A stretch of DNA of 64,000 nucleotides from Elainellaceae cyanobacterium (GCA_051117555.1 JBNPEG010000017.1:1-64000); one strand, 5' to 3'. Positions 21,578 to 31,994 are shown, counted from the first letter of the stretch. Numbers and translations are program-made. The notes: a model not told the origin generated them from the sequence alone.

Positions 21578-23590
21578 TTACTGCACAGTAGCTCGACGAT
21601 TTGATAGCTTCCGCCGAGTTCTGCTAGAGGATTGAGCCGTTGAGTGAGCCCCATTTTCTGACCCATCATGGACGACGGGTACGGTGAAATGAAACCGGCT
21701 CCCATGCTCACGCCCTTCTGATTCTGCCCAGATTTGTCCGCCTAGCCCATGGATAACTTGACGGCAGATGGCAAGTCCAAGTCCGGTTCCGCCCGTTGTG
21801 CGACGGAGAGCGCCTTCTTCTTGATAGAAGCGGTCAAAGACAGTTTCGAGACGATTGGGCTCAATGCCTCGCCCGGTGTCTGTAATCGTCACCTCCAACA
21901 TGTTTTCATCCGTTGGACGCGCTTCAACGGTGACTCGTCCTTCCGGATCTGTAAATTTGCAGGCATTATCGAGCAATTTTGAGAGAACTTCAACCAGCCA
22001 TTCACCATCGGCTCTGACAAGGGGCAATTTGTTAGGAATATCCGTCGTAATTTCAGGCAACTGGCTATCTCGGCGGTGAGCGCGAATGCTGCTTAAGGTC
22101 AAATCGATACATTCATGGAGGGACAGAGATTCTAGGTGCCACTCAACTCGACCACTTTCGAGCTGAGATAGAGTCAGAAAGTCTTGGACGAGTTTACGCA
22201 GACGTTCCGCATCGCCTAGTGCGGTTGTTAACATGACCTGTCGCAATTCGAGAGGCATATCTGGCTCGCTGGCGAGGCTCTCTAAGCAAACTTGAATAGT
22301 AGATAGAGGCGTTCTCAGCTCGTGCCCTGTGATGGCGATCAGGTTGCTACGAGTCAGTTCTAGGGCTTCAAGCTGTTGATTGAGGTCTTCTAAGTTCGCA
22401 TAAGATTCGGCCTGAATCAGTGCGATCGCCAACTGAGCTGTGATTGCCTCTACCATCGATAAATCATCTTGTGTCCAGTGCTTCGGGCTCTCTTGACACC
22501 CATGCAGCTCTACGATGCCCATCAGGCGACCTTGATAAATGATCGGCGCAATCAACCATGAGCGGATTTGCCAGCGCTTAATTCGAGATTGAATGGACGC
22601 AAGATCCAACGGTTCGTGACTCTGAGTGTCTTCGATGGCGATCGCCTCTTGCTGCTGAACCACCGCTTGAAAAAGCGGATTATCTTGAAGCGGCCAATCA
22701 TGTCCCATCAAAGAGCGCAGGGTAGGACTAGAGAGAAACTCAAAGTGAATCTGAGCAGACTCATCCGTCGAGTTGCAGCGATAAATAAAGCATCGGCAAA
22801 CCTGCATCGCCTCTCCAAGTTCTCGCACCGCAACCGTGAAAATTTCTTCTGGATCGAGCGATCGCCGGATTGCTGATGTAATCAGGTTAACAAGGCGTTC
22901 CCGTCGCTCTTGAGCCGCCATTGAGCGATATGCTTTGAGCAACTTATATTGCCCCGCCTGTAAGTAGGTGACCAATCGTTGCGCAAACGGGTCTGGATCA
23001 ACATCTCGCAACCCAGACGGCAGATCTTGCAAAAATGCCACCTTGGCCTCTTCAATCTTGGATTTCAATTCGGGGCGATAGACAAGAATACGGTCAAGAA
23101 GAATATGAGCCGCTTGACGACTTACGTGGCGATCAAACGTCCAGATTCCTTCAAACCGTCGAGTCTGATCCATTGCAGAGACATCATTCGGAGCATTAGA
23201 AGGCTGATTTTCGGGGCGTTCTCGACACACTAAACACGTTGAGTATTGAGCCCCAATCACAACTAAATGCCATTCTTGGCTTAGCTGATCGTCAGAATTA
23301 AATGCTACCGTTTCGTAGTGATCTGAGCGATTAGTAAAGCTGGTTTCGGGTGCAGCAAGCACATATACCTGAGGAGTCAATTCTGAAATGCGCAGATATC
23401 GGTGAGCTTCTTGACGATAAAATCGCTCTCGCTGAAAATTAGCAATTACCAATGGCGAATCAGCGACTGCCAAAACCTGATCTTCCATCGCATGAGAGAG
23501 TGCAGTCAGCGATGACTTGAAATAAATCTGAGAGCGTAAGCGGGGCAACTTTCGCAATAGCTCTTCCAGCACGGAAGTGGAGATGCTCAT
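21578..23590 (-). CDS. DICT-GAF sensor histidine kinase (Hik2-like)
   Basis: DICT-like N-terminus (YFKSSLTALSHAMED), GAF region, H-box GHELRTPL, DNACKFT, DTGRGI, GTGLGL. Confidence 0.88.
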   Translation of the reverse strand: MSISTSVLEELLRKLPRLRSQIYFKSSLTALSHAMEDQVLAVADSPLVIANFQRERFYRQEAHRYLRISELTPQVYVLAAPETSFTNRSDHYETVAFNSDDQLSQEWHLVVIGAQYSTCLVCRERPENQPSNAPNDVSAMDQTRRFEGIWTFDRHVSRQAAHILLDRILVYRPELKSKIEEAKVAFLQDLPSGLRDVDPDPFAQRLVTYLQAGQYKLLKAYRSMAAQERRERLVNLITSAIRRSLDPEEIFTVAVRELGEAMQVCRCFIYRCNSTDESAQIHFEFLSSPTLRSLMGHDWPLQDNPLFQAVVQQQEAIAIEDTQSHEPLDLASIQSRIKRWQIRSWLIAPIIYQGRLMGIVELHGCQESPKHWTQDDLSMVEAITAQLAIALIQAESYANLEDLNQQLEALELTRSNLIAITGHELRTPLSTIQVCLESLASEPDMPLELRQVMLTTALGDAERLRKLVQDFLTLSQLESGRVEWHLESLSLHECIDLTLSSIRAHRRDSQLPEITTDIPNKLPLVRADGEWLVEVLSKLLDNACKFTDPEGRVTVEARPTDENMLEVTITDTGRGIEPNRLETVFDRFYQEEGALRRTTGGTGLGLAICRQVIHGLGGQIWAESEGREHGSRFHFTVPVVHDGSENGAHSTAQSSSRTRRKLSNRRATVQ

Positions 23591-23977
23591 CGATATCTCT
23601 ATCAATCAATGCAGTCTGGGCAAAATCCCTACCATAGGACTGGATAAGCACCCATGCTCAGCCCAAATTCTCCGCAGCGAAGTTTGGACATTGAGGGGGG
23701 CGATATTGAAAACCAGACAGGAGCGCGTGGTCGCAGGCAAATGACTCCCTTAAACCACTATATACGCTCTGGCATCTAGACAATCAAAAGTTCAAGCGCT
23801 TACGTCGTTGAACACCATCTTTGGCAGGACCTATTACATCAGCGAAGCACATTGCATCTCTTAAATTGCCGAGTGTTACAAAACTGAAATCCGTTTGAGG
23901 TTAAGTAATATTCAGTTTTTGGGTGCTTCTATCCCCTCGCCCCAATTTCTTCCAGGTCTTTGCTGTAAAGTGACAGT

Positions 23978-24742
23978 ATGTATGACGATGACGACTTAAC
24001 CGTATTAGACGATCCGGGCGAGCTAGAAAGTCCGCTCGATCGGCTTGGATCTGTTGACGATGAGGCTGAGGTAGTCAAGCCTGATCCCAACGAAATGCTG
24101 GCATTGCTGAGTTCGCCTGAAAATCAGCAGCGGATGTTGGCAGCTCGTGCCTTCTGCGAGATTGAGGATGCAAGAGCGATTCCAAAGTTGATTGAGTTGC
24201 TCACCGATGCATGTCCTCTGATTCGAGTCAGTGTTGCGTACGGGTTGGGTCGTAATCCTAGTTCTGAAGCGGTTGAGCCTCTGATTGCGCAACTCGACGC
24301 CGATTGGAATGGGTATGTCCGCAAGGGAATCGTTTGGGCGCTGGGCAATTGTCGCGATCGCCGCTCGTTAGACCCGTTGACGGATGCTCTGAGAACAGAT
24401 ATCCCCGCTGTGCGGTTGTGGGCTGCTAGTTCATTAGCTCAAATGGCGAGCATTGACTATGCGGCAATTGTTGCAGCGATGCCATCCCTTATTGAAGCGT
24501 TACGACGAGATCCGGTCGCAGCTGTGCGCAGCAACTGCGCTTGGACAGTGGGCCAACTTTGCCAAGATTTGCCGTCTAATGTGATTTATGCCACTGCAAT
24601 TGATGCCCTCATTGAGGCATTCGCGGAAGATAAAGAAATGGGAGTCCGCGATGATGCGAAAGCTGCCGTCCTTAAGTTAGGTGACCCGCGTGGTTTACAG
24701 ATCATTGAAGACATTGAACAAGACGGTCTCAATCTAATCTAA
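23978..24742 (+). CDS. HEAT-repeat (PBS lyase-like) protein
   Basis: Repeated VR..(A/V)(A/V).ALG helices; acidic N-terminus. Confidence 0.88.
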   Translation: MYDDDDLTVLDDPGELESPLDRLGSVDDEAEVVKPDPNEMLALLSSPENQQRMLAARAFCEIEDARAIPKLIELLTDACPLIRVSVAYGLGRNPSSEAVEPLIAQLDADWNGYVRKGIVWALGNCRDRRSLDPLTDALRTDIPAVRLWAASSLAQMASIDYAAIVAAMPSLIEALRRDPVAAVRSNCAWTVGQLCQDLPSNVIYATAIDALIEAFAEDKEMGVRDDAKAAVLKLGDPRGLQIIEDIEQDGLNLI

Positions 24743-24967
24743 GCCCCCTCTCCAAAAGAAAAGCGCTGCACAGATTCAAGGAATAGGCTTACACAATCTT
24801 GAGCTAATAGCTAACCGATTGCTTCAGGATGGGAATTAAGGTGCTTCCTGAGTAAGCCAGTTCTTTGCAGTGCAACGCTTGAACTGGAAGGGAACTTATA
24901 GAGTTGCCATAGTATCGATCATACCCTCATCATTCATAGATAAAAATCACTAATTTGAATCTTTTGT

Positions 24968-24983
24968 ATAGGCATAAGTCTAT
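24968..24983. promoter_or_regulatory. CcmR/CmpR-type LysR operator, distal
   Basis: ATAG-GCATAAGT-CTAT (ATAG-N8-CTAT). Confidence 0.65.
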
Positions 24984-25156
24984 AGAATTGCCCATCCCAT
25001 GCCTCCCCGTCTTTACCTGAAATCCTGAGTGGATGGATGTTTTAGACCTACACAAACAGGCAGTAATTCGGTCAGCCGAACCTCTCCCTCTCGCACTAAT
25101 TGCCTAAAGGACAATCATGAATTTATAGATTTAAAGCATTAATAACTCCGTTTGGG

Positions 25157-25172
25157 ATAGAATTACGTCTAT
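25157..25172. promoter_or_regulatory. CcmR/CmpR-type LysR operator, proximal (autoregulatory)
   Basis: ATAG-AATTACGT-CTAT, about 32 nt before the LysR start. Confidence 0.7.
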
Positions 25173-25204
25173 AGATGTGATCCAAACTTGTATTTGTAGG
25201 AGAG

Positions 25205-26152
25205 TTGCAGTTGATTCACGCTACCCTACATCAGTTCAAAGTATTTGAAGCAACCGCCCGTCATGGCAGTTTTACCAGAGCAGCAGAAGAGTTGTTCTTA
25301 ACGCAACCGACTGTATCCATGCAAGTCAAACAATTGACTAAGGCATTGGGGTTACCGCTGTTTGAACAGGTTGGAAAGCGTTTATATCTGACGGATGCGG
25401 GTCGAGAGTTGTATTCGACCTGTCAGGAAATTTTCGAGCAGCTCGATCAGCTCGAGATGAAAGTTGCCGACCTTAAAGGAATGAAGCAGGGTCGACTTCG
25501 GTTGGCGGTGATTACAACAGCAAAGTATTTTATTCCGCGCTTGCTTGGGCCATTTTGTCAGCGTTATCCCGGAATTGATGTCTCATTAATCGTCACAAAT
25601 CACGAACAGGCGATCGACCGCCTAACCAACAATCAGGATGACATCTATGTTATGAGTCAGATTCCTGAACATCTTGATGTTAAGGCTCATCCATTTTTGG
25701 ATAATCCACTCGTCGTCTTGGCTCCGAAAGATCATCCTCTTGCTCACGAAAAGAATATCTCCCTCGATCGCCTTGCTAAGGAGCCCTTTATCATGCGCGA
25801 ATCGGGCTCGGGAACCCGTCGAGCTGTGCAAAAATTATTTGATGCGAATGATATTGAGGTCAAAGTTCGCTTAGAACTTGGCAGCAATGAGGCCATCAAG
25901 CAAGCGATCGCCGGAGGGTTGGGATTATCAATCTTGTCATGCCACACGCTCACTCCGGATGGACACGGTGGGGAACTTACCATCCTAGATGTTCAGGGGT
26001 TTCCGATTCAGCGGCAGTGGTATGTGGTTCACCTAGGTGGAAAGCAGCTTTCGGTCGTCGGCAGCACATTCCTCGACTATCTCAAGTCGGAGGCAACCCA
26101 ACTCGCTCATGGAATTATGTCGCTGCAAAAGCAGTTGCTTGCCAAAGTGTAG
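25205..26152 (+). CDS. CbbR-subfamily LysR regulator (CcmR/NdhR or CmpR type)
   Basis: ATLHQFKVF...SFTRAAEELFLTQPTVSMQ, TTAKYFIPRLLG, RESGSGTR, GSNEAIKQAI; start may be TTG at 25211. Confidence 0.9.
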   Translation: MQLIHATLHQFKVFEATARHGSFTRAAEELFLTQPTVSMQVKQLTKALGLPLFEQVGKRLYLTDAGRELYSTCQEIFEQLDQLEMKVADLKGMKQGRLRLAVITTAKYFIPRLLGPFCQRYPGIDVSLIVTNHEQAIDRLTNNQDDIYVMSQIPEHLDVKAHPFLDNPLVVLAPKDHPLAHEKNISLDRLAKEPFIMRESGSGTRRAVQKLFDANDIEVKVRLELGSNEAIKQAIAGGLGLSILSCHTLTPDGHGGELTILDVQGFPIQRQWYVVHLGGKQLSVVGSTFLDYLKSEATQLAHGIMSLQKQLLAKV

Positions 26153-26337
26153 AGAAGGCTCAACGTTATCAAGACTTAAAAAATTAAGACTTAAAGGCGA
26201 TCGCCATCCGTGCCAGTTGGGCAGAGGGGCGATCGCCACGTAGTTGCTGCATTTCTTTATTTTTCAAACTTGAACTCAGCAGGTCAAGGCAATACTGACT
26301 GAATCCAGTTACTTGCAGAGCAAGACTAGGCAAGCGA

Positions 26338-26589
26338 CTAAACGTCGTAAACCCGGCATTCAGATGCATCTGGATTGTCATCACAATATTGCTCAAAATT
26401 GCTCTTGGGGCTCTTTTGACGGCGGTGAGAAATTTCTGCTTGCATTTCTTCTACCGTGTCCCATGCAGTTGCACATTCGGGTGACTGATCACCTTGGCTG
26501 CTGCACACACTGCGGGCTTGCTCGACAGCCTCTTGAAGCTGTTGCTCCATCTGCTCGAGGGTCATCGTTTTAGATGGGAATGTAGCCAT
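26338..26589 (-). CDS. cp12: Calvin cycle regulatory protein CP12
   Basis: N-terminal Cys pair, AWDTVEE core, C-terminal CDDNPDASEC pair. Confidence 0.93.
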   Translation of the reverse strand: MATFPSKTMTLEQMEQQLQEAVEQARSVCSSQGDQSPECATAWDTVEEMQAEISHRRQKSPKSNFEQYCDDNPDASECRVYDV

Positions 26590-26815
26590 ATGCTCTTTAT
26601 CTCCTTACTACAATTATTGACAATAGCTAAGTTAGAAATTCAGCCTTTAGATAGACCTATCACCGTTTAACTTAGGAATGCTGGGCATTTGACTCTACCT
26701 TAGATCGGTTTAGCAGGTGATTGTAGTGTGGAAAACCCACAGAGGCACGACATAATACAAGTGGCGCGCTTAGAAGATTCTGGCCGTCAGTGATCCCGGC
26801 TTCATTTAAGAAAGT

Positions 26816-29605
26816 ATGAAATATCCACAGCGAATTCTCGCCTTCATTATTCTCATCGCTGTCGTGGTGCTGGTCTTCTCCCAAGGACTCGTGCATCTTA
26901 TAACTGAATCATGGTGGTTTGATGCCGTTGGGTTTGCCGATGTATTTTGGACTCGCATCAATTGGAAGGTGACCATGTGGGTCGTCACCTTCGCTCTCTA
27001 CGCTGCCTTCCTCGGAGGAAACTACTGGCTAGCAATGCGCTTCACTCGAAATCGGGTGTTTCGGGCGCTTTTGGAGAGCGATCGCCTCGGTTCGGCCGTC
27101 GAAGATGTTCCTAATTATGTTGCGGCAGGTCTTACGGTTGCTATCTCGCTGCTAGCGGCAGGGTCCGGCGCAGCAGAATGGGAGACGATTCTTAAATTCT
27201 TTAATCCGACCGAATTCGGGATAACCGATCCGATTTATCAACACGATATCGGCTTTTATGTCTTTCAACTGCCCTTTTATGAAATTCTTCAAGGACGATT
27301 ATTAGCGTTATGCATCTGGGGAATCGTGCTAGCTGCAACAGTCTACGCCCTCAAGGGAGAAATTACACTGGGTCGAGGCTGGCGCAATATTGTAGTGGGC
27401 ACTCCCAAAATCCATTTGAGCCTGATTTTAACGGCGATCGCCATTTTGGTTGCGATTGGGTTTTGGCTAGAACGATATGACCTGCTGTATTCCTCAAGCG
27501 GTGTCGTGTATGGAGCAGGCTTTACCGACGTGCATGCCCGACTTCAGTCTTACTGGTTTATGGGCTTTGCAACGCTAGCATTGATGGTCGTTTTCCTAAT
27601 TTCTCTGTGGCGGAGTGGGTTTGCGTTGCCAACGTTTGGGATCGGCATCTATGCCATTGTCTTGATTCTCGTGAGCGGGGTCTATCCGTGGTTTCAACAG
27701 CAGTTCATCGTAGCACCCAATGAACTCCAGAAGGAAAGACCCTATATCGTCAACAATATTCAATTTACTCGGGCTGCTTACCAACTCGACACGGTAAGCA
27801 TGGAAGACTATGCGGTGCAAAATCAGCTTGACCTAGATACCCTTGACGACAATCAGCCGACGCTCAGCAATATTCGCCTGTGGGACTATCGCCCTCTATT
27901 GAGCACCTATCGCCAGCTCCAAGAGATTCGATTGTATTATCGCTTCTTAGATGTGGATGTCGATCGCTACACCATCGACGACAATTACCAACAGGTGATG
28001 CTGTCGCCACGAGAGTTAGACTATTCTCAATTGCCATCGGAAGCGCAACGCTGGGTTAATCAGCGCCTCCAGTATACTCACGGGTATGGCATTGTCATGA
28101 GTCCGGTCAATGAGGTGACGTCAGACGGGTTGCCGGATTTTTATATCCAAGATATTCCACCCGAGTCGACCGTCGATCTGGAGGTGAGCCAGCCTAGTAT
28201 CTATTACGGCGAAAAAACCGATAACTACGTCTTCACTAATACGACGATTCCAGAATTTGATTATCCCCGCAGCGATGAAAACGCTCAGACTCGCTATGAC
28301 GGTGAAGGGGGCGTTCCCATTGGTTCGTTTTTCAAGCAAATTGCTTATGCCTATGACTTGGGCAGCTTGAAACTGCTAATTTCTGATTATCTCACTAGCG
28401 ATTCCCAGATTCTTTATCATCGGCGTATTCGAGAACGGGTTCAGCAGGTTGCCCCTTTTCTCAGATATGACAATGATCCCTATATCACGACTATCGATGG
28501 GCGTTTGAACTGGATTATTGATGCCTATACGGTGAGCGATCGCTACCCCTATTCAGCACCTGTCAATCAAAGTGACGGAGCCAGAGATCTCTTACAAGGG
28601 CGCAGCGTCGCTCAGATATTGCAGGGTGGAGACAACTATATCCGCAACTCGGTCAAGGTCGTGATTGACGCGTATGACGGCACCATGCAGTTCTTCGTTG
28701 TCGATGAAACCGACCCCGTTCTCAGAACCTATCAGAAAATCTTTCCTGATTTATTTGCGGCAAACGACACCATTCCCCCTGACATTAAAGATCACTTCCG
28801 GTATCCGGTCGACTTGTTCAAAATTCAGGCACAGATTTATCTCTCGTATCACATGCAGGAGCCTGAGGAATTTTATAACCGCGAAGATCTGTGGCGATTC
28901 CCAACTGAACTCTATGAAAATCAGCAGATTTTGATGCAGCCGTATTACATCATCATGCGCCTGCCCAACGAAACCCAAGAAGAGTTTATGTTGATCTTGC
29001 CATTCACTCCTGTTAATAAAGACAACATGATTGCTTGGATGGCAGCGCGATCGGATGGAGACAATTACGGAAAGCTGCTGCTGTATGAGTTTCCTAAGCA
29101 AGAACTCATTTATGGCCCAAGCCAGATTGAAGCGAGAATCAATCAAAATCCTGAAATTTCCCAGCAACTCACGCTCTGGAGCCAAGAAGGATCGCGCGTG
29201 ATCCGAGGTGACTTACTCGTGATCCCAATTGAGCAGTCGTTGTTATATGTAGAACCTGTCTATCTGCGAGCTGAGCAAGGAGAACTCCCTGAACTGCGTC
29301 GGGTGATTGTTTCCTATGCAGATCAAGTGGTTATGGAACAATCCCTCGAAGATGCTCTGGCAGTTATCTTTGGGGCTCCTAGTCCTGAGCAAGACGATCA
29401 GGTTCAGCCATTGGGCACAGCGACGGTCGCGCCCTCGGTGGTGCAGTCTGCGCTAGAGGCGTATCAAAATGCTCAAGATGCGCTGCGCGACGGGGATTGG
29501 TCAAGTTATGGTCAATATCAGTCTGAACTGGGACGGTTGCTTGAACAGCTCAACCCAGAGAGGGACGATTCAACAGCAGATGAGCCAGCCAATCCTCAAC
29601 AGTAA
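26816..29605 (+). CDS. UPF0182 family membrane protein
   Basis: GFYVFQLPF, VYGAGFTDVHA, NIRLWD, YTHGYG, NYIRNSVK. Confidence 0.93.
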   Translation: MKYPQRILAFIILIAVVVLVFSQGLVHLITESWWFDAVGFADVFWTRINWKVTMWVVTFALYAAFLGGNYWLAMRFTRNRVFRALLESDRLGSAVEDVPNYVAAGLTVAISLLAAGSGAAEWETILKFFNPTEFGITDPIYQHDIGFYVFQLPFYEILQGRLLALCIWGIVLAATVYALKGEITLGRGWRNIVVGTPKIHLSLILTAIAILVAIGFWLERYDLLYSSSGVVYGAGFTDVHARLQSYWFMGFATLALMVVFLISLWRSGFALPTFGIGIYAIVLILVSGVYPWFQQQFIVAPNELQKERPYIVNNIQFTRAAYQLDTVSMEDYAVQNQLDLDTLDDNQPTLSNIRLWDYRPLLSTYRQLQEIRLYYRFLDVDVDRYTIDDNYQQVMLSPRELDYSQLPSEAQRWVNQRLQYTHGYGIVMSPVNEVTSDGLPDFYIQDIPPESTVDLEVSQPSIYYGEKTDNYVFTNTTIPEFDYPRSDENAQTRYDGEGGVPIGSFFKQIAYAYDLGSLKLLISDYLTSDSQILYHRRIRERVQQVAPFLRYDNDPYITTIDGRLNWIIDAYTVSDRYPYSAPVNQSDGARDLLQGRSVAQILQGGDNYIRNSVKVVIDAYDGTMQFFVVDETDPVLRTYQKIFPDLFAANDTIPPDIKDHFRYPVDLFKIQAQIYLSYHMQEPEEFYNREDLWRFPTELYENQQILMQPYYIIMRLPNETQEEFMLILPFTPVNKDNMIAWMAARSDGDNYGKLLLYEFPKQELIYGPSQIEARINQNPEISQQLTLWSQEGSRVIRGDLLVIPIEQSLLYVEPVYLRAEQGELPELRRVIVSYADQVVMEQSLEDALAVIFGAPSPEQDDQVQPLGTATVAPSVVQSALEAYQNAQDALRDGDWSSYGQYQSELGRLLEQLNPERDDSTADEPANPQQ

Positions 29606-29687
29606 ACAGCACTATGCAGGTGTTATGCTTGCGATTTCGAAGAGTAAACCGCAAGCATACAATCCCAAATGATTTGTAGAAATCTCC

Positions 29688-29721
29688 GGTAGGATACCCG
29701 TTAGCACCGGCGTAACGCATC
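29688..29721 (+). repeat. GTAG-type REP-like hairpin
   Basis: GTAGGATACCCGTTAGCACCGGCGTAACGCATC; related to the reverse-strand copy near 43179-43209. Confidence 0.6.
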
Positions 29722-29784
29722 CAGACAATTGGATAGGACGTACGCAGTAGTGATGAATATATTCGCTTCGCAGGATCTCCCCGC

Positions 29785-30395
29785 TTTAAAGAGTCTCTGA
29801 GATTGTCGAGAGAGTCTATAAACCCTGATTGACTGACAAAACTTTGGTTTGCGGCAGTTGTAGACGCATAGCGGCTTCTCGCAGAGTAACTGCTGCTATA
29901 CAGTCGAAACCCGCCTACGCGGGTTGAGAACAGTCGACAAGGGTCGACTTTGGTTGTGTAGGCGCGGTTTCAACCGCCAGCCTCTGATCTTTTGTCAGTC
30001 AATCAGCTATAAACCTCTTTAAAGAGTCTCTGAGATTGTCGAGAGAGTCTCTGAACCTCTTTAAAGAGTCTCTGAGATTGTCGAGAGAGTCTATAAACCT
30101 CTTTAAAGAGTCTCTGAGATTGTCGAGAGAGTCTCTGACCCTATTTAAAGAGTCTCTGATCCTATTTAAAGAGCCTCTGACCTTATTTAAAGAGTCTCTG
30201 AGATTGTTGAGAGAGTCTATAAACCTCTTTAAAGAGTCTCTGAGATTGTCGAGAGAGTCTCTGACCCTATTTAAAGAGTCTCTGATCCTATTTAAAGAGC
30301 CTCTGACCTTATTTAAAGAGTCTCTGAGATTGTCGAGAGAGTCTATAAACCTATTTAAAGAGTCTCTGAGACTGTCGAGAGAGTCTCTGAACCCG
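29785..30395. repeat. 21-bp tandem repeat array (20 units) interrupted by a MITE
   Basis: Units of type TTTAAAGAGTCTCTGAGATTG and TCGAGAGAGTCT(A/C)T(A/G)AACCTC with variants; about 2 units at 29785-29824 and 18 units at 30018-30395. Confidence 0.95.
29825..30006. mobile_element. 182-bp MITE
   Basis: Perfect 17-bp TIRs CTGATTGACTGACAAAA / TTTTGTCAGTCAATCAG; 9-bp TSD CTATAAACC at 29816-29824 and 30007-30015. Confidence 0.92.
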
Positions 30396-30653
30396 GGTTG
30401 CTACTAAATCCAGTTAACAGTGCCCATCGTCCGCCGCAGATAACCCTAGACTATAAGCGATAACCTCTTGACAGTCGGGTGCATGGGCGGTGTTAGCCCG
30501 TGAATAACGAAGTGTTTTCTAACTCCGGAGATTCTTGGAACGAGCGATTTTGCAGCCATGCAAACATAGCAGAAGCTCCCAGTAAAATTAGAGTAATGAT
30601 ACTGACAATCTGAATCATAATGACGTATCGCATAAGCCGTTCATGTTTTAGAA

Positions 30654-31994
30654 CTAAACTAGATTGAAATGTTCCATATGGACATTGGTTACAGGCACCT
30701 GCAGATCATGGAGCGCCGCCTCAACCTGCTCCATCATGACTGGAGCAGCACAGATAAAGTAGTGTCGGCTACCCCGATGGATGGGAATGTATCGTTGCAA
30801 TAGATCTTGATTGACATAGCCTGTTTCTCCTGTCCAGTCTTCGGGCGGCTCACGCAACACATGAATGATGGTTAGATCTATGGAGTCAACGAGGTCATCC
30901 AATTCCTCTCGGAAGGTCACATCTTCCCATCGTTTGTTGGCATAAATGAGCAAAAATGGGCGATCGTCCTTGCGCTCAGCAGCAGTGACCAGAATACTCA
31001 TCATCGGAGTGATGCCAATTCCACCCGCAATGAGCACAAATCCGGCAGAGTCCCAGTAGCGATCGGTCGTAAACACACCGTAAGGACCATCAAGATAAGC
31101 CTTTGTACCTGGCTCAACATCCTTAATGGTCTGGGTAAAATCTCCCAATGCTTTAATGGTAAATTCCAACCGTTCAGAATGGTCGCCACTCGAAGACATG
31201 GAAAAGGGATGCTCACGCATTCGAAAGGGCAAAATATCGAGGGTGATCCAGGCAAACTGACCGGGATGAAACTGGAACCCTCCATGTCCCCTCGGTCGAA
31301 TAGCCAGTGTCCATACATTTCCCCTCTGGGGAATGACCTCTTCTACCAGGTAGGGGAGCCTAGTCATCATCCAGGGCTTGACGACGCGGACATACATCAA
31401 CAACCATAAGGCGGCTAGGGCGATCGCGCTCCACAACAGCTTTTTCCAAAATAGCCCCAGATAATAGCTGACTCCCAGTGCATGGGCCAAACCCAATGTC
31501 ACCGCCCCCACAGCTAGAATGCCGTGACTCGTACGCCACAGCTCATAGGGAATCTTCAGGGGCTGCCGCCAAATGGAGGTGATTACGAGGAGCAACAGTG
31601 CCAGAGTTCCAACGACAGCAAATCTGGCTCGCCACGGAGCCTCAAATAGATTTAATAGACGTAGCGTTTCGGGCTGATCGATAAAGAGAATAAGGGGATG
31701 AATCAGGATCAGGGCAAAAGCCACTAGAGAGATATAACGGTGGAATTGCAGAATGATGTCAACCCCGTAGGATGCTTCAATTCGGTTGATTCGGGCGGTG
31801 AGGGCAAATTGAAGGGCTAACATTGCCAACCCAACAAACCCTAGAGCAACTGAAAGCTCTGTCCAAAAGCTTCGTCCATCAGGAGCAGGAGGGTACAGGA
31901 GTAAGATAAAAAGAGGCAGCAGGGCGATCGCCAGATAAACAGCGATCCAAAAGGCGGCCACTGCAACGGGGCTTCTCGTTAATAGTTTCTGCAT
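30654..31994 (-). CDS. Ferric-reductase-like TM domain plus FNR-type FAD/NAD(P)H oxidoreductase
   Basis: TM helices with heme His pairs (QFHRY...LIHP, TSHGI...LAHAL), EHPFSMSS, DGPYG, AGGIGITP, FICAAP, MEHF. Confidence 0.9.
   Translation of the reverse strand: MQKLLTRSPVAVAAFWIAVYLAIALLPLFILLLYPPAPDGRSFWTELSVALGFVGLAMLALQFALTARINRIEASYGVDIILQFHRYISLVAFALILIHPLILFIDQPETLRLLNLFEAPWRARFAVVGTLALLLLVITSIWRQPLKIPYELWRTSHGILAVGAVTLGLAHALGVSYYLGLFWKKLLWSAIALAALWLLMYVRVVKPWMMTRLPYLVEEVIPQRGNVWTLAIRPRGHGGFQFHPGQFAWITLDILPFRMREHPFSMSSSGDHSERLEFTIKALGDFTQTIKDVEPGTKAYLDGPYGVFTTDRYWDSAGFVLIAGGIGITPMMSILVTAAERKDDRPFLLIYANKRWEDVTFREELDDLVDSIDLTIIHVLREPPEDWTGETGYVNQDLLQRYIPIHRGSRHYFICAAPVMMEQVEAALHDLQVPVTNVHMEHFNLV

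Noticed and set aside
30018..30395. CRISPR array
   Set aside because: Units are contiguous with no unique spacers, and no cas genes are in the window.
30036..30407. 123-aa leucine-zipper CDS from the ORF track
   Set aside because: It is only the translation of the 21-bp array; the TTG start lies inside a repeat unit and has no clear SD. Kept only as a hypothesis in the findings.
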